From assembly GCF_004010195.1 (NCBI RefSeq), contig NC_057750.1:3950381-3999796 (forward strand): a stretch of 49,416 nt of DNA. The letters run 5' to 3'. The notes under the pieces were generated by a model. That model ran no database searches and had not been told where the DNA came from. It saw only the letters and a program-made list of their open reading frames with translations. This DNA comes from Chiloscyllium plagiosum (lineage: Eukaryota). Of this stretch, positions 36,853 to 49,416 are shown one piece after another. The position numbers and the translations under genes are program-made. Position 1 is the first letter of the stretch, and each line of letters begins with the position of its first letter.

Positions 36853-37174
36853 AGATTAGATTAGATTACTTACAGTGTGGAAATAGGCCCTTCGGCCCAA
36901 CAAATCCACACCAACCCGCCAAAGCGCAACCCACCCAGACACATTCCCCTACGTTTATCCCTTCACCTAACACTACAGGCAATTTAGCATGGCCAATTCA
37001 CCTAACCTGCACATTTTTGGACTGTGGGAGGAAACTGGCGCACCCAGAGGAAACCCACACAGACATGGGTAGAGTGTGCAAACTCCACACAGACAGTTGC
37101 CTGAGGCCGGAATTGAACCTGGGTCTCTGGCGCTGTGAGGCAGCCGTGCTAACCACTGTGCCACCACGCCGCCC
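36853..37174 (-). mobile_element. Full-length HE1-type V-SINE inserted in a CR1 fragment (about 36700-37230); another CR1 3' end at about 37470-37790
   Basis: CR1 ttttctctgaagcattggag is interrupted and resumes as ctgaggggtgacctt after the SINE. Confidence 0.85.
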
Positions 37175-40100
37175 ACTGAGGGGTGACCTTAAAGAGGTTT
37201 AGAAAATCATGAGGGGCTTGGATGGAGTAAATATGTCCTTTGGAGCATTGGTGCAGACTCAATGAGCCAAATGGCCTCTTTCCACACACTAGGGATTCTA
37301 TCACTTTGATTAAGCCTTTGGCCACTGTCCTGATGCACAGTGTTGACTGTGTGGCTCTCACTGTTGGGTATCACTCACTTGTTTTTCATATCCCACTTAC
37401 TCTTTTCCCCAGACTGCCTGGATTAGATGCACCAATTTTTACTCTATCCATGCCTTTTGTGATTTTCTGTGGGGTGTGGGAGTCCAAAACTAGAGGCCAT
37501 AGGTTTAAGGCGAGAGGGGAAAAATTTGAAAGGGACCTAAGGGGCAACTTTTTCACACAGTGGGTGGTACGTGGATGGAATGAGCTGCCAGAGGAAGTGG
37601 TGGAGGCTGATATAATTACAACATTTAAAAGTCATCTGGATGGGCACATGAATAGGAAGGGCTTGGAGGGATATGGGCTGGGTGCTGGCAGGTGGGACTA
37701 GATTGGTTTGGGATATCTAGTCGACATAGACAGTTTGTACCGAAGGGTCTGTTTCTGTGCTGGACAGCTCTGTAACTCTATGACTATAGCCATAGCAGAG
37801 TCTCTAACCTCTTGGTCTCAAAGTTCTGTGTTCAAGCTCTGCCTCAGAAGTAAAAGGACAAGAATTTATTGCCAAGATCCATAGTACAATGCCGGGGGAG
37901 AGCTGCTCAGTCAGGAGCACTGAGAGACACATTCTGTCCTCTCAGGTGAACTTCAAAGATCCCATAGTATGTTTTGAACAAGAGTCACGGGGAGCTCTCC
38001 ATGTTCCAAGGACCCATGTTTATCGCTCAGTCAGCTTAACAATAGAGACCATTGGGTCATCGTCACATCCAAGTTTATGGGAGCTTGCTGTGCCCAATGT
38101 TGGCCGCCATCTTCCTGGCAATGCAATTCTGAACCAGAGCTTTGAAAGTGTTTCATTGGCTACAAAGGTCGTTGAAGGATGCTTTATAAATGCAAGTCTT
38201 TCTGTCCTTTACAACTTCCTCAATCCCATGTTTCAATGACCTTTCTTTGCCAATTTATTATCCTACCATTCAACACCAGGGGCTACTCTCAGCTAATGGT
38301 AATTGTTGTAGGGCAGGATGTTAGAGAAGGTCATAATGAGACATTCTAATGTTAGAGGTCAGATTGGACCCCATTGAACTTCAACACCCCCAAGTGAAGT
38401 CATAAATATAGTGGAGAGACTTTGATACATTGCTACATAATTAACCCTGCCCTAGCAACATAACGTGGCTGTCATAGAATCCTTACTGTGTGGAAGCAGG
38501 TCGTTCAGCCCATCAAGTCCACACTGACCCTCTGAAGAGCATTTCAGCCAATCCCAGCCCCAGCCCCCACCCTATCCCCGCAACCTTGCATTCCCCATGG
38601 CTAACCCACCCTGCCTACACATCCCTGGACACTATGGGGCAATTTCCCATGGCCAATCCATTGAACCTGCACATTTTGGGACTGTCAGAGGAAACCAGAT
38701 CACCCGGAGGAAACTCATGCAGACATGGGGAGAAGGTGCAACCTTCACACCAGACAGTTGCCTGAGGCTGGGACCAGTGCTAACCACTGAGACACGGTGC
38801 TGCCCATTTCAGTCTACTGACTGCAATACAACTTGCAGATATTTGGGTTTTGCTTCTAATTATTGAGAAAGTGTCCAAGGGTTGAAATAGATTCCATCTC
38901 CTAAGGGGTGAACTCTTCACGTGATCCCGATATTACCCTTTGAGCTTTTTTTGTGCTCACTCCCAATGTCCCATCAGGGACACTCCTGGATTGTTCTGGT
39001 TTCCTAATACATTCCGCATGGGATCTGGGTGGAGCTGCATCATGCTTGGAGGTAAGAGACCTCACCAGGAAGAGCTGGGATGCTGCCAATGATACCTATC
39101 ACACCCCTCATTGGGACAGGAGGGAAACCTTGGCCCAAGGTTCCAATTCCTGATCAGACTCCCACCAGGAGCTGGACAGTCGGACAGTCGGAAGAATGCG
39201 ATGGTGCTGCAGTTGAACATGTGAATGGCGCTTGTGGTTGAATTAAGTACCAGGGAGTGACTGGAACTTCCATGAACCCATATTTGGGGAGCAGGGTGGT
39301 GACAGTGTGGATGGGGAGTGAGAGTTGGACATGACCGAATGATGGAAATGACAGGCAAGAAACCTATACTGTTCTACCATAACTTCAGGATGTCTCAAAG
39401 CGTCTAATTTTTGGGCTGCAAGATCCCACAAGAAGGGAAACAAGAGGAGAACAGGTCCAACTTCAGATTGGACTCCACTGGACTTCAACGCCACCTCCCC
39501 ACCTCCCTCCTGCAAATGAAGCAATAAACAAGAGCAGAATAGGTTCATCGTTAGCGGCGTGAAGCTACTGGAGGAAAGATCATCGAACCCTGACCCTACT
39601 CTCCAGACTCTGGGCTGACAATTCGGAACGTTCCTGTGATTGACAGTGATGTTGGCAGCGGTCCAGGTCACGAAGCAGGTTGGCACACTGCCAGTTGGAA
39701 TCACATGCACTGGTTACAGTTTGTATTCCTCACTCCGAGTCACTGCACACGCTCTGTGCAACTCAGCCTGTCAATTCCGAATGGCAAGCCAAAGCGAGTC
39801 TATACTTTGTGAATCAAAAAAGGCCCTGGCACAGTACCAAGTGGACAGGGGTATCTGATCCAGGCAGTGTGGGAAAAGGGCAAGTGGGATATGAAAAAAA
39901 AGTGATTGAGAGATGCCCAGCGGTGAGAGCCACACACTGTGCATCAGGACAGGTGATCAAAGGCTTGATAGAACATCTTTGGACTGTGGGAGGAAACTGG
40001 AGCACCTGGAGGAAACCCACACAGACATGGGGAGAATGTGCAAACTCCACACAGACAGTCACCCGAGGCTGGTGCTGGGAGGGACCAGTGGTAACCACTG

Positions 40101-43100
40101 AGCCACCATGAAAATGAAAAATAAACAAAAAATTGCATTTCTATAGCGCCTTCCATGAACTCTTTGTCCCAAATGAAATACTTGAGGATGTAATCTTTGT
40201 TGTAATGTAGGAAATGCAGCAGACAATTTGTGCACAGTAAGCTCCCAGAAACAATAATGCAATAATGAACAACTGAATCTGTTTGTGATGTTGACTTGAA
40301 GGATAAATATCAAAGAGAATGCCCCTCCTCAGCTTGGAAACATCACCCTGAGATGGTTTACGTTTATCCACAGGAGCAGACAGTGTTAGCTAACATCTTG
40401 TCTGACTGACGGTACCTCTGACAATGTGGCCTTCCCTCAGCGCCACACTGGCAGGTTATCCTAAACCTTTCTGCTCAGAGCTTTGGAGTAAGACTCAAAC
40501 TCACAACCTTCTGGCTGACCTGGGAGAGGAGAGTGCTAACCCACGGCAGAACCACAGCTGACCCTCCAAAAACTGCAAGGTTGAGGGGTTAAGGGAATGG
40601 CAGTGCTTACAGCGAAGGCCAGAACCAGAGCAAGTACCAAGTCTGGAGGAGATTCCAGACAGAGGGAGACTGAGGCTATGGAGGAATTTGAAAAACAACG
40701 AAGAGAGTTTCAAACCTTGAGGGGTCAGTGCTGGGGCAGGAGGTGGGCAACACAGGTTAATGGGGTGGGAAAACTGGCTTTTTTCACTGAAGGATGACCT
40801 TATCGAGGTTTATAAAATCAAGAGGGGCATAGAAAAGGTGAATGCTAAGTTGTCTTTTCTCTGGGGTAGGGGAGTTCAAGACTAGGGGCGTGTTTTTAAG
40901 AGAGGAGAAAGATTCAACAAAGACATGAGGAGCATTTTTTTAAACACAGAGCGTGGTCCATGTATGGAATGAACTTCCAGAGGAAGTGGTGGGTGTGGGT
41001 ACAGTTCCAACATTTAAGAGACATTTGGATAAGTACATGAATAAGAAACATTCAGAGGGATATGGGCCAGGAGCAGGCAGGTGGGACTGGTTCAGTGTGA
41101 GATTATTCTCGGCATGGATTGGTTGGGCCGAAGGGTCTGTTCCCATGCGGTATGACTTTATAACTGGCCTTAGAGGGAATTAGGACATGGGCTGTGCTTA
41201 CAGAGAGTGAAAAGAAATGGGTGACCAATCGGAGGCATATTGAAATACTTCAGTAGCCAATGAGCCGAGGTAAGGGTGAAGTAGGAAGATACCGGCATCA
41301 AATTGAGAATTGAAGATGAGCAAGAGGGGGAGAGGGGGACAAAAAATAAGACAGCAAGATTAAGGAAGTTGGCTTTAATATGTTTTTACAAGCCATTTGA
41401 TCCACAGTCCAAACAGAATCTGGTTGGTTGGTTTAAGATGTGATAGGTTGGCAGGGTGCCAGTTCAGATGGAATGTAATTAACCAGCCAGAGATTCCTGC
41501 TCCCCTCCCTCATTCCATGAATAACAAACCCATGGAGCTCTTTTTCTGTTTCAGGAGCTCATTCAATTTATTGTTTAAACCAGGGTGTGACTTGCCTTCA
41601 GTTATCTTCCCTTGTGTGTCCTGAGGCGGTCATCAGCATCATGTGTCTGCCAGCTGCCTACACCCATCCCCTCTCTCCTTCCCTCCCAAGGCTGGGGGTC
41701 CCTGCAGCTCCCTCCCCTCTCTCTGCCCTCTCATTTAGATTTCTCAGCCCTCTGCAGCCACAGCTTGCCTCAGTTTTGTTCCCAGCTGCCTGCTCACCCC
41801 TTCCCACGCTGCATCCAGAGGATCCCAATCAACAGCAGAATCGCTCACTGGCCACACCATTTCACCGGGTCAGTCCATTGCCCAAGATTCCCCAATTATA
41901 CTCCTTTAGAGTTCGAGCAGGATCATCCGGAAGGAGTCATTGATCTGGTGAACATACTTACAAATACGTGGCTGCAACCTTGAGATGGTCAAGGGCAGCA
42001 GATACACGGGAACACCACCCCCTGCAAGCTCCCCTCCAAGCCCCTCACCATCCCTACTTGGAAATATATCACCATTCCTTCAGTGTCGCTGGGTCAAAAT
42101 CCTGGAATTCCCTCCCGAGTGGTATTGTTTGCGTTCCTACACCACACAGACTGCAGCAGTTTAAAGAGGGACGGCACGGTGACTCAGTGGTTAGGGACCT
42201 GGGTTCGATTCCAGCCTTGGGCAACTGTCTGCGTGGAGTTTGCACATTCTCCCCGTGTCTGCGTGGGTTTCCTCCGGGTGCTCCGGTTTCCTCCCACAGT
42301 ACTAAGATGGGCAGGTTAGGGTGGGTTGGCAGTGGGAAAGGTGGGGTTACAGAGATAGGGTTGCGCTGGGTGGGATGCTCTTCGGAAGGGCTGTGCAGAC
42401 TCAATAGGCTGAATGATCTCTTTCAGCAGTGTAAGGATTCTGTGATGAAGACAGCTCACCACCACCTTCTCTGGGGCAATTAGAGATGGGCTGAAAAAAA
42501 TGCCAGAGATGCCCAAGTCCCTTGAACAAATAGTAAGCAAAACAAAGAAGAACATAATAAAGAATTAGGATGAGTAGGCCATTCGGCCCCTCAAGCCTGA
42601 TCTGCCATGTGATCCGATTGTGGCCTCAAGTCCATTTTCCCGCCTAACACTGATAACCTTTCACCCCTTTGTCAGTAATCCCCCTCCACCTCCAAAATTT
42701 TCAACAAACCAATCAACCCCCTTCTCCCTCTGATTGGAGAGAGTTCCACAGACTCAATACGCAGAGAAAAACATTCTCACTCGGCATTTCAAATGGGAGA
42801 CCCCTCATTTTTAAACAGGTTCGAACCACAGTGAACTCTCATTAGTCGAAAACACCTTGCTTAGGCTCACACAATACAGATAAATGTGCTAACACATAGA
42901 TATTTACTGAACAAACATTCATTATTCAGTAACCAAGGAACTAAAATGCTTCACTTTTCATCTAATCATTTTACCATCAAAAGCCTGATAGAGTTTACAC
43001 TTACACACACACACACACACACGCGGGCACATACACACTGACTTCATGGTGGTGTCCATGGCATACAGAGGGTAATGAGCTGCCAGAGGATGTAGTGAAG

Positions 43101-43490
43101 ACTAGCACAATTGCAGCATTTAAGAGGCATCTGGATGGGTATATGAATAGGAAGGGTTTGGAGGGATATGGGCCAGATGCTGCCAGGTGGGACTAGATTG
43201 GGTTGGCATATCTGGTCAGCATGGACGGGTTGGACCGAAGGGTCTGTTTCCGTGCTGTACATCTCTATGATTCTAAGTGGACTGATATCACTGATATCAG
43301 ATTCATCACACTCTAGCCTTGCCAGATGCCTCGAGTTTTTGCACAACATCCATCTGAGAGAGAGATAGAGAGGGAATTAGGGAGGGAGGGAGAGAGAGAA
43401 AAAAGAGAGAGAAAAGGAGAGAGAGAGAGAAAAAAAGAGAAAAAAATAGAGAGAGAGATAGAGAAAAAGAGAGAGAGAGAGAGAGAGAGA

Positions 43491-44133
43491 NNNNNNNNNN
43501 NNNNNNNNNNNNNNNNNNNNNNNNNNNNNNNNNNNNNNNNNNNNNNNNNNNNNNNNNNNNNNNNNNNNNNNNNNNNNNNNNNNNNNNNNNNNNNNNNNNN
43601 NNNNNNNNNNNNNNNNNNNNNNNNNNNNNNNNNNNNNNNNNNNNNNNNNNNNNNNNNNNNNNNNNNNNNNNNNNNNNNNNNNNNNNNNNNNNNNNNNNNN
43701 NNNNNNNNNNNNNNNNNNNNNNNNNNNNNNNNNNNNNNNNNNNNNNNNNNNNNNNNNNNNNNNNNNNNNNNNNNNNNNNNNNNNNNNNNNNNNNNNNNNN
43801 NNNNNNNNNNNNNNNNNNNNNNNNNNNNNNNNNNNNNNNNNNNNNNNNNNNNNNNNNNNNNNNNNNNNNNNNNNNNNNNNNNNNNNNNNNNNNNNNNNNN
43901 NNNNNNNNNNNNNNNNNNNNNNNNNNNNNNNNNNNNNNNNNNNNNNNNNNNNNNNNNNNNNNNNNNNNNNNNNNNNNNNNNNNNNNNNNNNNNNNNNNNN
44001 NNNNNNNNNNNNNNNNNNNNNNNNNNNNNNNNNNNNNNNNNNNNNNNNNNNNNNNNNNNNNNNNNNNNNNNNNNNNNNNNNNNNNNNNNNNNNNNNNNNN
44101 NNNNNNNNNNNNNNNNNNNNNNNNNNNNNNNNN
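43491..44133. other. Assembly gap, 643 N, inside a (GA)n/(GAGAGT)n microsatellite (about 43355-44223)
   Basis: N run flanked by GA-rich simple repeats on both sides. Confidence 0.99.
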
Positions 44134-44185
44134 AGTGAGTGAGAGTGAGAGTGAGAGTGAGAGAGAGTGAGAGTGAGAGTGAGAG

Positions 44186-44219
<34 letters not shown>

Positions 44220-44384
44220 AGAGATCCATCCTCAATTGCCCAGGGGGGCAGCAACCCCATTGCTGTGGGTATGGAGTCACATAGAGGCCAGATCAGGTAA
44301 GCATGACGGTTTCATTCTCTAAAGGACATTAATGAACCAGTTGAGTTTTTCCTGATAATCAATAATGGTTCAATGGTCATCATT

Positions 44385-44692
44385 AAGATTAGATTCCCTA
44401 CAGTACGGAAACAGGACCTTCGGCCCAACAAGTCCACACCGACCCTCCGAAGAGTAACCCACCCAGACCCTATATTTACCCCTGACTAACACCCCTAACG
44501 CTATGGGTTTCTTAGCATGGCCAATTCACCTGACCTGCCCATCTTTGGACTGTGGGAGGAAACCGGAGCAGCCGGACGAAACCCATGCAGACATTGGGAG
44601 AATGTGCAAACTCCACACAGACAGTCACCCGAGGCTGGAATCGAACTCAGGTCCCTGGCGCTGTGCGGCAGCACTGCTAACCACTGAGCCAC
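44385..44692 (-). mobile_element. HE1-type V-SINE nested in a third-family SINE
   Basis: Host catcattaa is interrupted and resumes as attagactctta; V-domain present. Confidence 0.82.
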
Positions 44693-47600
44693 CTAATTAG
44701 ACTCTTATTTCCAGATTATTATTAAATTCAAATTCCACTGTCCGAGTCAGAACCCCAGAGCATTACCTCAGTCTCCAGGTGAACAGTCTAGCAATAATAC
44801 CACTAGGCCATTGACTCCCTTAGAGTTAGGGGAGGTAAAGACATTGTGGTATTATCTGGACTGCTAATCCAGAGACCCAGGTAGTATTCTGGGGACCAGG
44901 GTTTGAATCCTGCCCCAGATTGTGAATTCAATGAAAAAACCTGGAATTAAAAATCTAATGATGCTCATGAATCCATTATCTATCGTCAGGAAAAACTCTT
45001 CAAATTCATCCATCCTGCCCTTGACGGAAGGAAATCCGCCATTCTTACCTGGTCTGGCCAACACATGACTCCAGACCCACAGCAATGTTGTTGACTCTTA
45101 ACTGCTCTCTGGACAATTGGGGATGGGCAATGTTTGCTGGCTTAGCCCGTGATGCACTCATCCTGTGAATGATTAAGTAAAACAGAATGCTGTGGCCGCA
45201 ATACTTCCGCCAGTCAGCAACAGGAATCAGCTGATGTTTAATGGGAGAATATGGAGAAGAGACTTCTGGCGATTAAATCTTCCACGTGGTTTCCATGGCT
45301 GAGAGATTGTGGGTCTTGTGGGTAATACTCTCGCCGGAGAGCAGAGGATGTGGGCTCAGTTTCATTCAATCGCAGCCGCAAAATCGTGGTTGACCGACTG
45401 AGGGGAAACGAAACCTCTTAAATAAACTGGAATGGGTAATTAAAGATAAAAAGAATGAAGACTTGCATTGCCGTAGCACCTTATATGGCCACAAAGCCAA
45501 GGAAATGGTTCTTGTGGTGCAGTCGCTGTTTCAATGTAAGAAACCTCCTGCAAGTTTGCACACAGCAAGATCCCAGAAGCAGCAATGTGATCACAACTTG
45601 GATAATCTGCATTTTTTGGTGATGTTGGTCGAGGGATAAATATTGACCAGGCCACCTGGAGGAAAATTAAACTCGTGTGGTGGCTGTGGGGACGTTTATT
45701 TGAGGGGGCAGATGTGGGCAGAAGGAATCTCCACCATCAAAAAAAAAGCACCTCTGGCTGCGCGGCATTCGTCCAGTGCTGCCCTGGGAGTGTCAGCCAA
45801 GGCTTTTACCTTAAGTTAAAAAAAAATCAGGACGCAAATGTGCAGCTCTTCCCAGCCCCAGAGAACTGAGGATGCTGCATGGCGCCTGGAGTTTAAGCAG
45901 CGCGTGGAGTGACGAGATTTCGGTTTAGATTTAGACATTACTGTCACGCGTACACAAGTACAGGAGTGCAGTGAAAAGTTTGCAATGTCGCCACACAGTG
46001 CCATCTTGGGTGCACATACCTCAGTACAAAAACTTAAGAACAAAGTGGAGAGAAAGAAGGAGCAAAATTAAAAGTTAAACGTTACAGTCAATCTTTGTCA
46101 GAATCATACAGCACAGCGAACCACACTCTGTAAACAATTTGCCCCCTTTTATTAAAATCTCTTTCCTCTCACCTTAAAACAGTGTGCCCCCTAGTCTTGA
46201 AATCTCCCATCCTAGGGAAAAGGCACCTGCCATTAAGTCTATCTATACCTGTCATTATTTTATAAACGTCTATCAGGTCGCCTCTCAATCTTCTACTCTT
46301 CAGTGAACTAAGTCCCTATCTTTCTTTTTAACTGAAATCTTCCCTCGCTGCCAACATCCTGATAAATCTCTCCGAGTTAATGAGATCCTTCTGATATTGC
46401 GTGGAAGAAGAGTCTTGTAATAACAGGTGTGAGGATATGTCACAATGTGGTCGCACAGAAGAGAGGATGTTTTTTCAGTGCCAAATGATGAGTCTCTAAC
46501 ATCAGTAAATTAATTTCAGAAAGCTTTTTTTTTTAAAAAAAGGGTTATCAAATCTCCAAGTTTCCAATATCGGTAGCTGCTCTGACTAAATATGTGTGCT
46601 ATTGACGTGACCCAGGTTGGCAGCTTACTGCAAACCTCACAAATGTATCTTGTAGATTGTGATTTGTTAACCAGCCTCCAGGGATTTACTTTAAAAGGTC
46701 CCAGAGGCAATTAAAGTGTTGCTGCTTGGAACAATGAAGTGAACCGCTGACACTATTTATAATGTCACAATTTAGTAGAAAATTCATAGGGCACACGTAA
46801 CACAAAAAGAGGGTGTTCAGGCCCTCGTGTCTGATGGTAAATCTAGCCCAATCCCAGGTCTGTGCCTGTGACCCTGCAGTTCCCATCTCTCCAAAAAGGC
46901 ACCACAGGAATTATTAAACATGGTGGGAGTGTCTGCCTGAGGCATCCAAGTCTCTGTCAATCACAAAGTGTCAACGCCTTTCTTTTCCCTTCAGTTATTC
47001 ATAATCTACACAGCTCAGTTTTTCTTTATTTGCTCACAGGCTATAACATCGTTGACTTGGCCAACATTTATTACCCATCGAAGACAAGATTAGAATGGTA
47101 CTGGAAAAGCACAGCAGATCAGGCAGCATCTGAGGAGGAGAATCGACGTTTCGGGCAAAAGTCCTTCAGCAGGATGAAGGGCTCCTGCCCGAACCGTCGA
47201 TTTTCCTGCTCCTCGGGTGCTGCCTGACCTGCTGTGCTTTTCCAGCACCACTCTGATCTAGTCTCTGATCTCCAGCATCTGCAGGCCTCACTTTTGCCTT
47301 TATTGCCCATCCCTAACTGCCCCACTGAGGGGGGTGGTTGCCATCTGCCACCTTCCACTGGCTGCTGTCCGTGTGCTACAGTTGGACCCCCAATGTCCTT
47401 AGGGAGGGAATTCCATGATTTTGATCCAGCAATGGTGAAGGAATGGCGATGTATTTCCAAGTCATGATGGTGAGTGTCTTGGAAGGGAACTTGCAGGGGG
47501 TGGTGCTGCCTTTGTCCTTCAGGGCAGTAGAGGTTGTGGGTTTGAAGGTTGCTTTTGCAAGCTGCAGCAGTGGAGCTTGTAGATGGTACACACACTGCTG

Positions 47601-47789
47601 CGATTGTGCATTGGCAGTGGAGGGAGCAGGAGTTGAAGGTGGTGAATAAGGTGCTGATCGAGGAGCAATACTTTGCTCTGGATGGTGTGGAGGATCTGGA
47701 GCAACAAAAAGTTTGATTCCTCCACTAAGTGAATACATCATCCTGATTTGGCAAACTGTCATTCAACCATTTTTTAAGAATACCAAGAT

Positions 47790-48292
47790 GTTGTTAAACT
47801 GGAATGGGTAGAGAACACATTGACCAGGATGTTGCCAGGACTGGAGGGTTTGAGTTATAAGGAGAGGTTGAATAGGTTGGGACTTTTTTCCCTGGAGCAT
47901 CAGAGGCATGGAGGTGACCTTTATAGGAGGTTTATAAAATCATAAAGGGTCATGGATAGGGTGAATAGCCAACATCTTTTCCCTGGGGTGGGGAAGTCCA
48001 AAACTAGAGGGTATAGGTTTAGGGTGAGAGGAGAAAGATTTAAAAGAGACCTAAGGGGCAGACATTTCACACAGAGGGTGGTGTGGTAATGGAATGAGCT
48101 GCCAGAAGAAGTGGTGGAGGCTGATACAATTACAAAATTTAAAAGGCATCTGAATGGGTATATGAATAGGAAGGGTTTAAAGGGATATGGGCCAAGTACT
48201 GGGGAATGGGACTAGATTAGGTTAGGCTATCTGGTCAGCATGGAAGAGTTGGGCCGAAGGGTCTGTCTCCAAGCTGTATGACTCTATTACTC
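47790..48292 (+). mobile_element. CR1 LINE 3' fragment
   Basis: aggatgttgccaggactggagggtttgagttataaggagagg...ggaatgagctgccagaagaagtgg and the CR1 tail. Confidence 0.88.
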
Positions 48293-48918
48293 TTATAACC
48301 CCTCTCGAAGTAAAAGCACTTGGGATCGAGTCTTTTGGTTTTTACAGGCTTTGGCTAAGTTTGAGTCTGAGTGATGGCAATTGGGTAGAGAGATCCTACA
48401 GATACCCCCCACCCCATGGCCAACGATGATTAAACCGTATCCCATGATGGTTTGCTGCAGCTAGCTCTCTCTGACAGGAATGGGTGTGAATCCAATTCCC
48501 CGCTCCACCTCCACCCGGCTAGCAGCACCCAGCACAGTTCAGCTCTGCCTCAGAAGATTGCTCCCGCTCTCCAACTTCCTCAGCATCCAGCACGTTGCCC
48601 CGTTGTCTGCTCCACTCGTAGAGATCACAGCACACTTGGCCGATCCAGCACACGCAGCCTGCCTGGAATCTAACTGCAGGGCCCTCAGACCAGCCCGAGC
48701 AATAGAACTGCATCTTCCGTGCTCTAGCCCTGCCTTGTATCTGCACTTTGCATCAGGAGGGGGTTGCATGATGATGTCATCAGCCACGGTCACAGTGGGT
48801 AGCCCTAGTCCCACAATATTTTTTGGATTAGTGGTGCTGGAAGAGCACAACAGTTCAGGCAGCATCCGAGGAGCAGCAAAATCGACGTTTCGGGCAAAAG
48901 CCCTTCATCAGGAATAAA

Positions 48919-49092
48919 GGCAATTGGGTAGAGGGGTCCTTCAGATTCGCCCCAACCCCATGGCCAATGATGATTGAACCATATCCCATGATGGTTTGCT
49001 GCAGCGAGCTCTCTCTGACAGGAATGGGTGTGAATCCAATTCCCCGCTCCACCTCCACCCGGCTAGCAGCACCCAGCACAGCTTAGCTCTGT
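48919..49092 (+). repeat. About 170-bp diverged direct copy of 48377-48549
   Basis: ggcaattgggtagag...cccatgatggtttgctgcagc...ggctagcagcacccagcacag...agctctg occurs at both positions. Confidence 0.93.
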
Positions 49093-49416
49093 CGCCTCCG
49101 CCTCCGAGCTTACTTTCACAATCAGGACTCCCGCCCACCTTCCGAGGACCCCTTCGCCCACCTCCAACACACAGCATCCACCTGGACACCCCGCGCTGGC
49201 CTATTACCCGCCCTCAACCTCTTCATTTCCAACTGCCGCCGGGACATTAACCGCCTCAACCTGTCTACCCCCCTCCCCCACCCCAACTCTCACCCTCACA
49301 ACGCGCAGCCCTCCAATCCCTCTGCTCCAATCCTGACCTCACCATCAAGCCAGCGGACAAAGGGGGCGCAGTGGTAGTCTGGCACACTGACCTCTACATC
49401 GCTGAAGCCAAACACC
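49093..49416 (+). mobile_element. Penelope-like retroelement ORF (N-terminal/pre-RT region), frameshifted, runs off the window end
   Basis: RLRLRAYFHNQD...STWTPR...LFISNCRRDI, then a frameshift near 49287, then QRAALQSLCSNPDLTIKPADKGGAVVVWHTDLYIAEA. KPADKG is the PLE DKG motif. Confidence 0.88.

Noticed and set aside
39470..39850. Possible LINE endonuclease remnant (ctggacttcaacgcc reads LDFNA, like GDFNA)
   Set aside because: One short motif with no supporting frame; cannot be supported without a search.
43491..44133. MAP3K10 exon 1 hidden in the second gap
   Set aside because: Both flanks are GA microsatellite with no CpG-island or promoter character; exon 1 more likely lies beyond 49416, though this is not excluded.

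Overview
Repeat-rich vertebrate genomic DNA. The repeat families (HE1-type V-SINE, DeuSINE, HER1-like CR1) point to a shark or other elasmobranch; this is an inference. The window lies inside a minus-strand mixed-lineage kinase gene, best matching MAP3K10 (MLK2). Six coding exons have canonical AG/GT boundaries and correspond to exons 2 and 5-9. Exons 3-4 (kinase C-lobe and first leucine zipper) are absent and most likely sit in the 500-N gap at 16098-16597. Exon 1 and the last exon appear to lie outside the window. The rest is intronic: many CR1 and other LINE fragments, at least three SINE families, a solo LTR, and about 14 Penelope-like element (PLE) terminal fragments from three families. 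Those termini carry minimal hammerhead-ribozyme cores, and several are short palindromic insertions with target-site duplications. Two kinds of 33-bp minisatellite grew out of retroelement sequence (DeuSINE body and CR1 ORF2) and explain the long spurious ORFs. No prokaryotic-type system (CRISPR etc.) is supported. Repeat coordinates are approximate; exon coordinates were derived base by base. Family names come from recalled consensus sequences, not from a database search.
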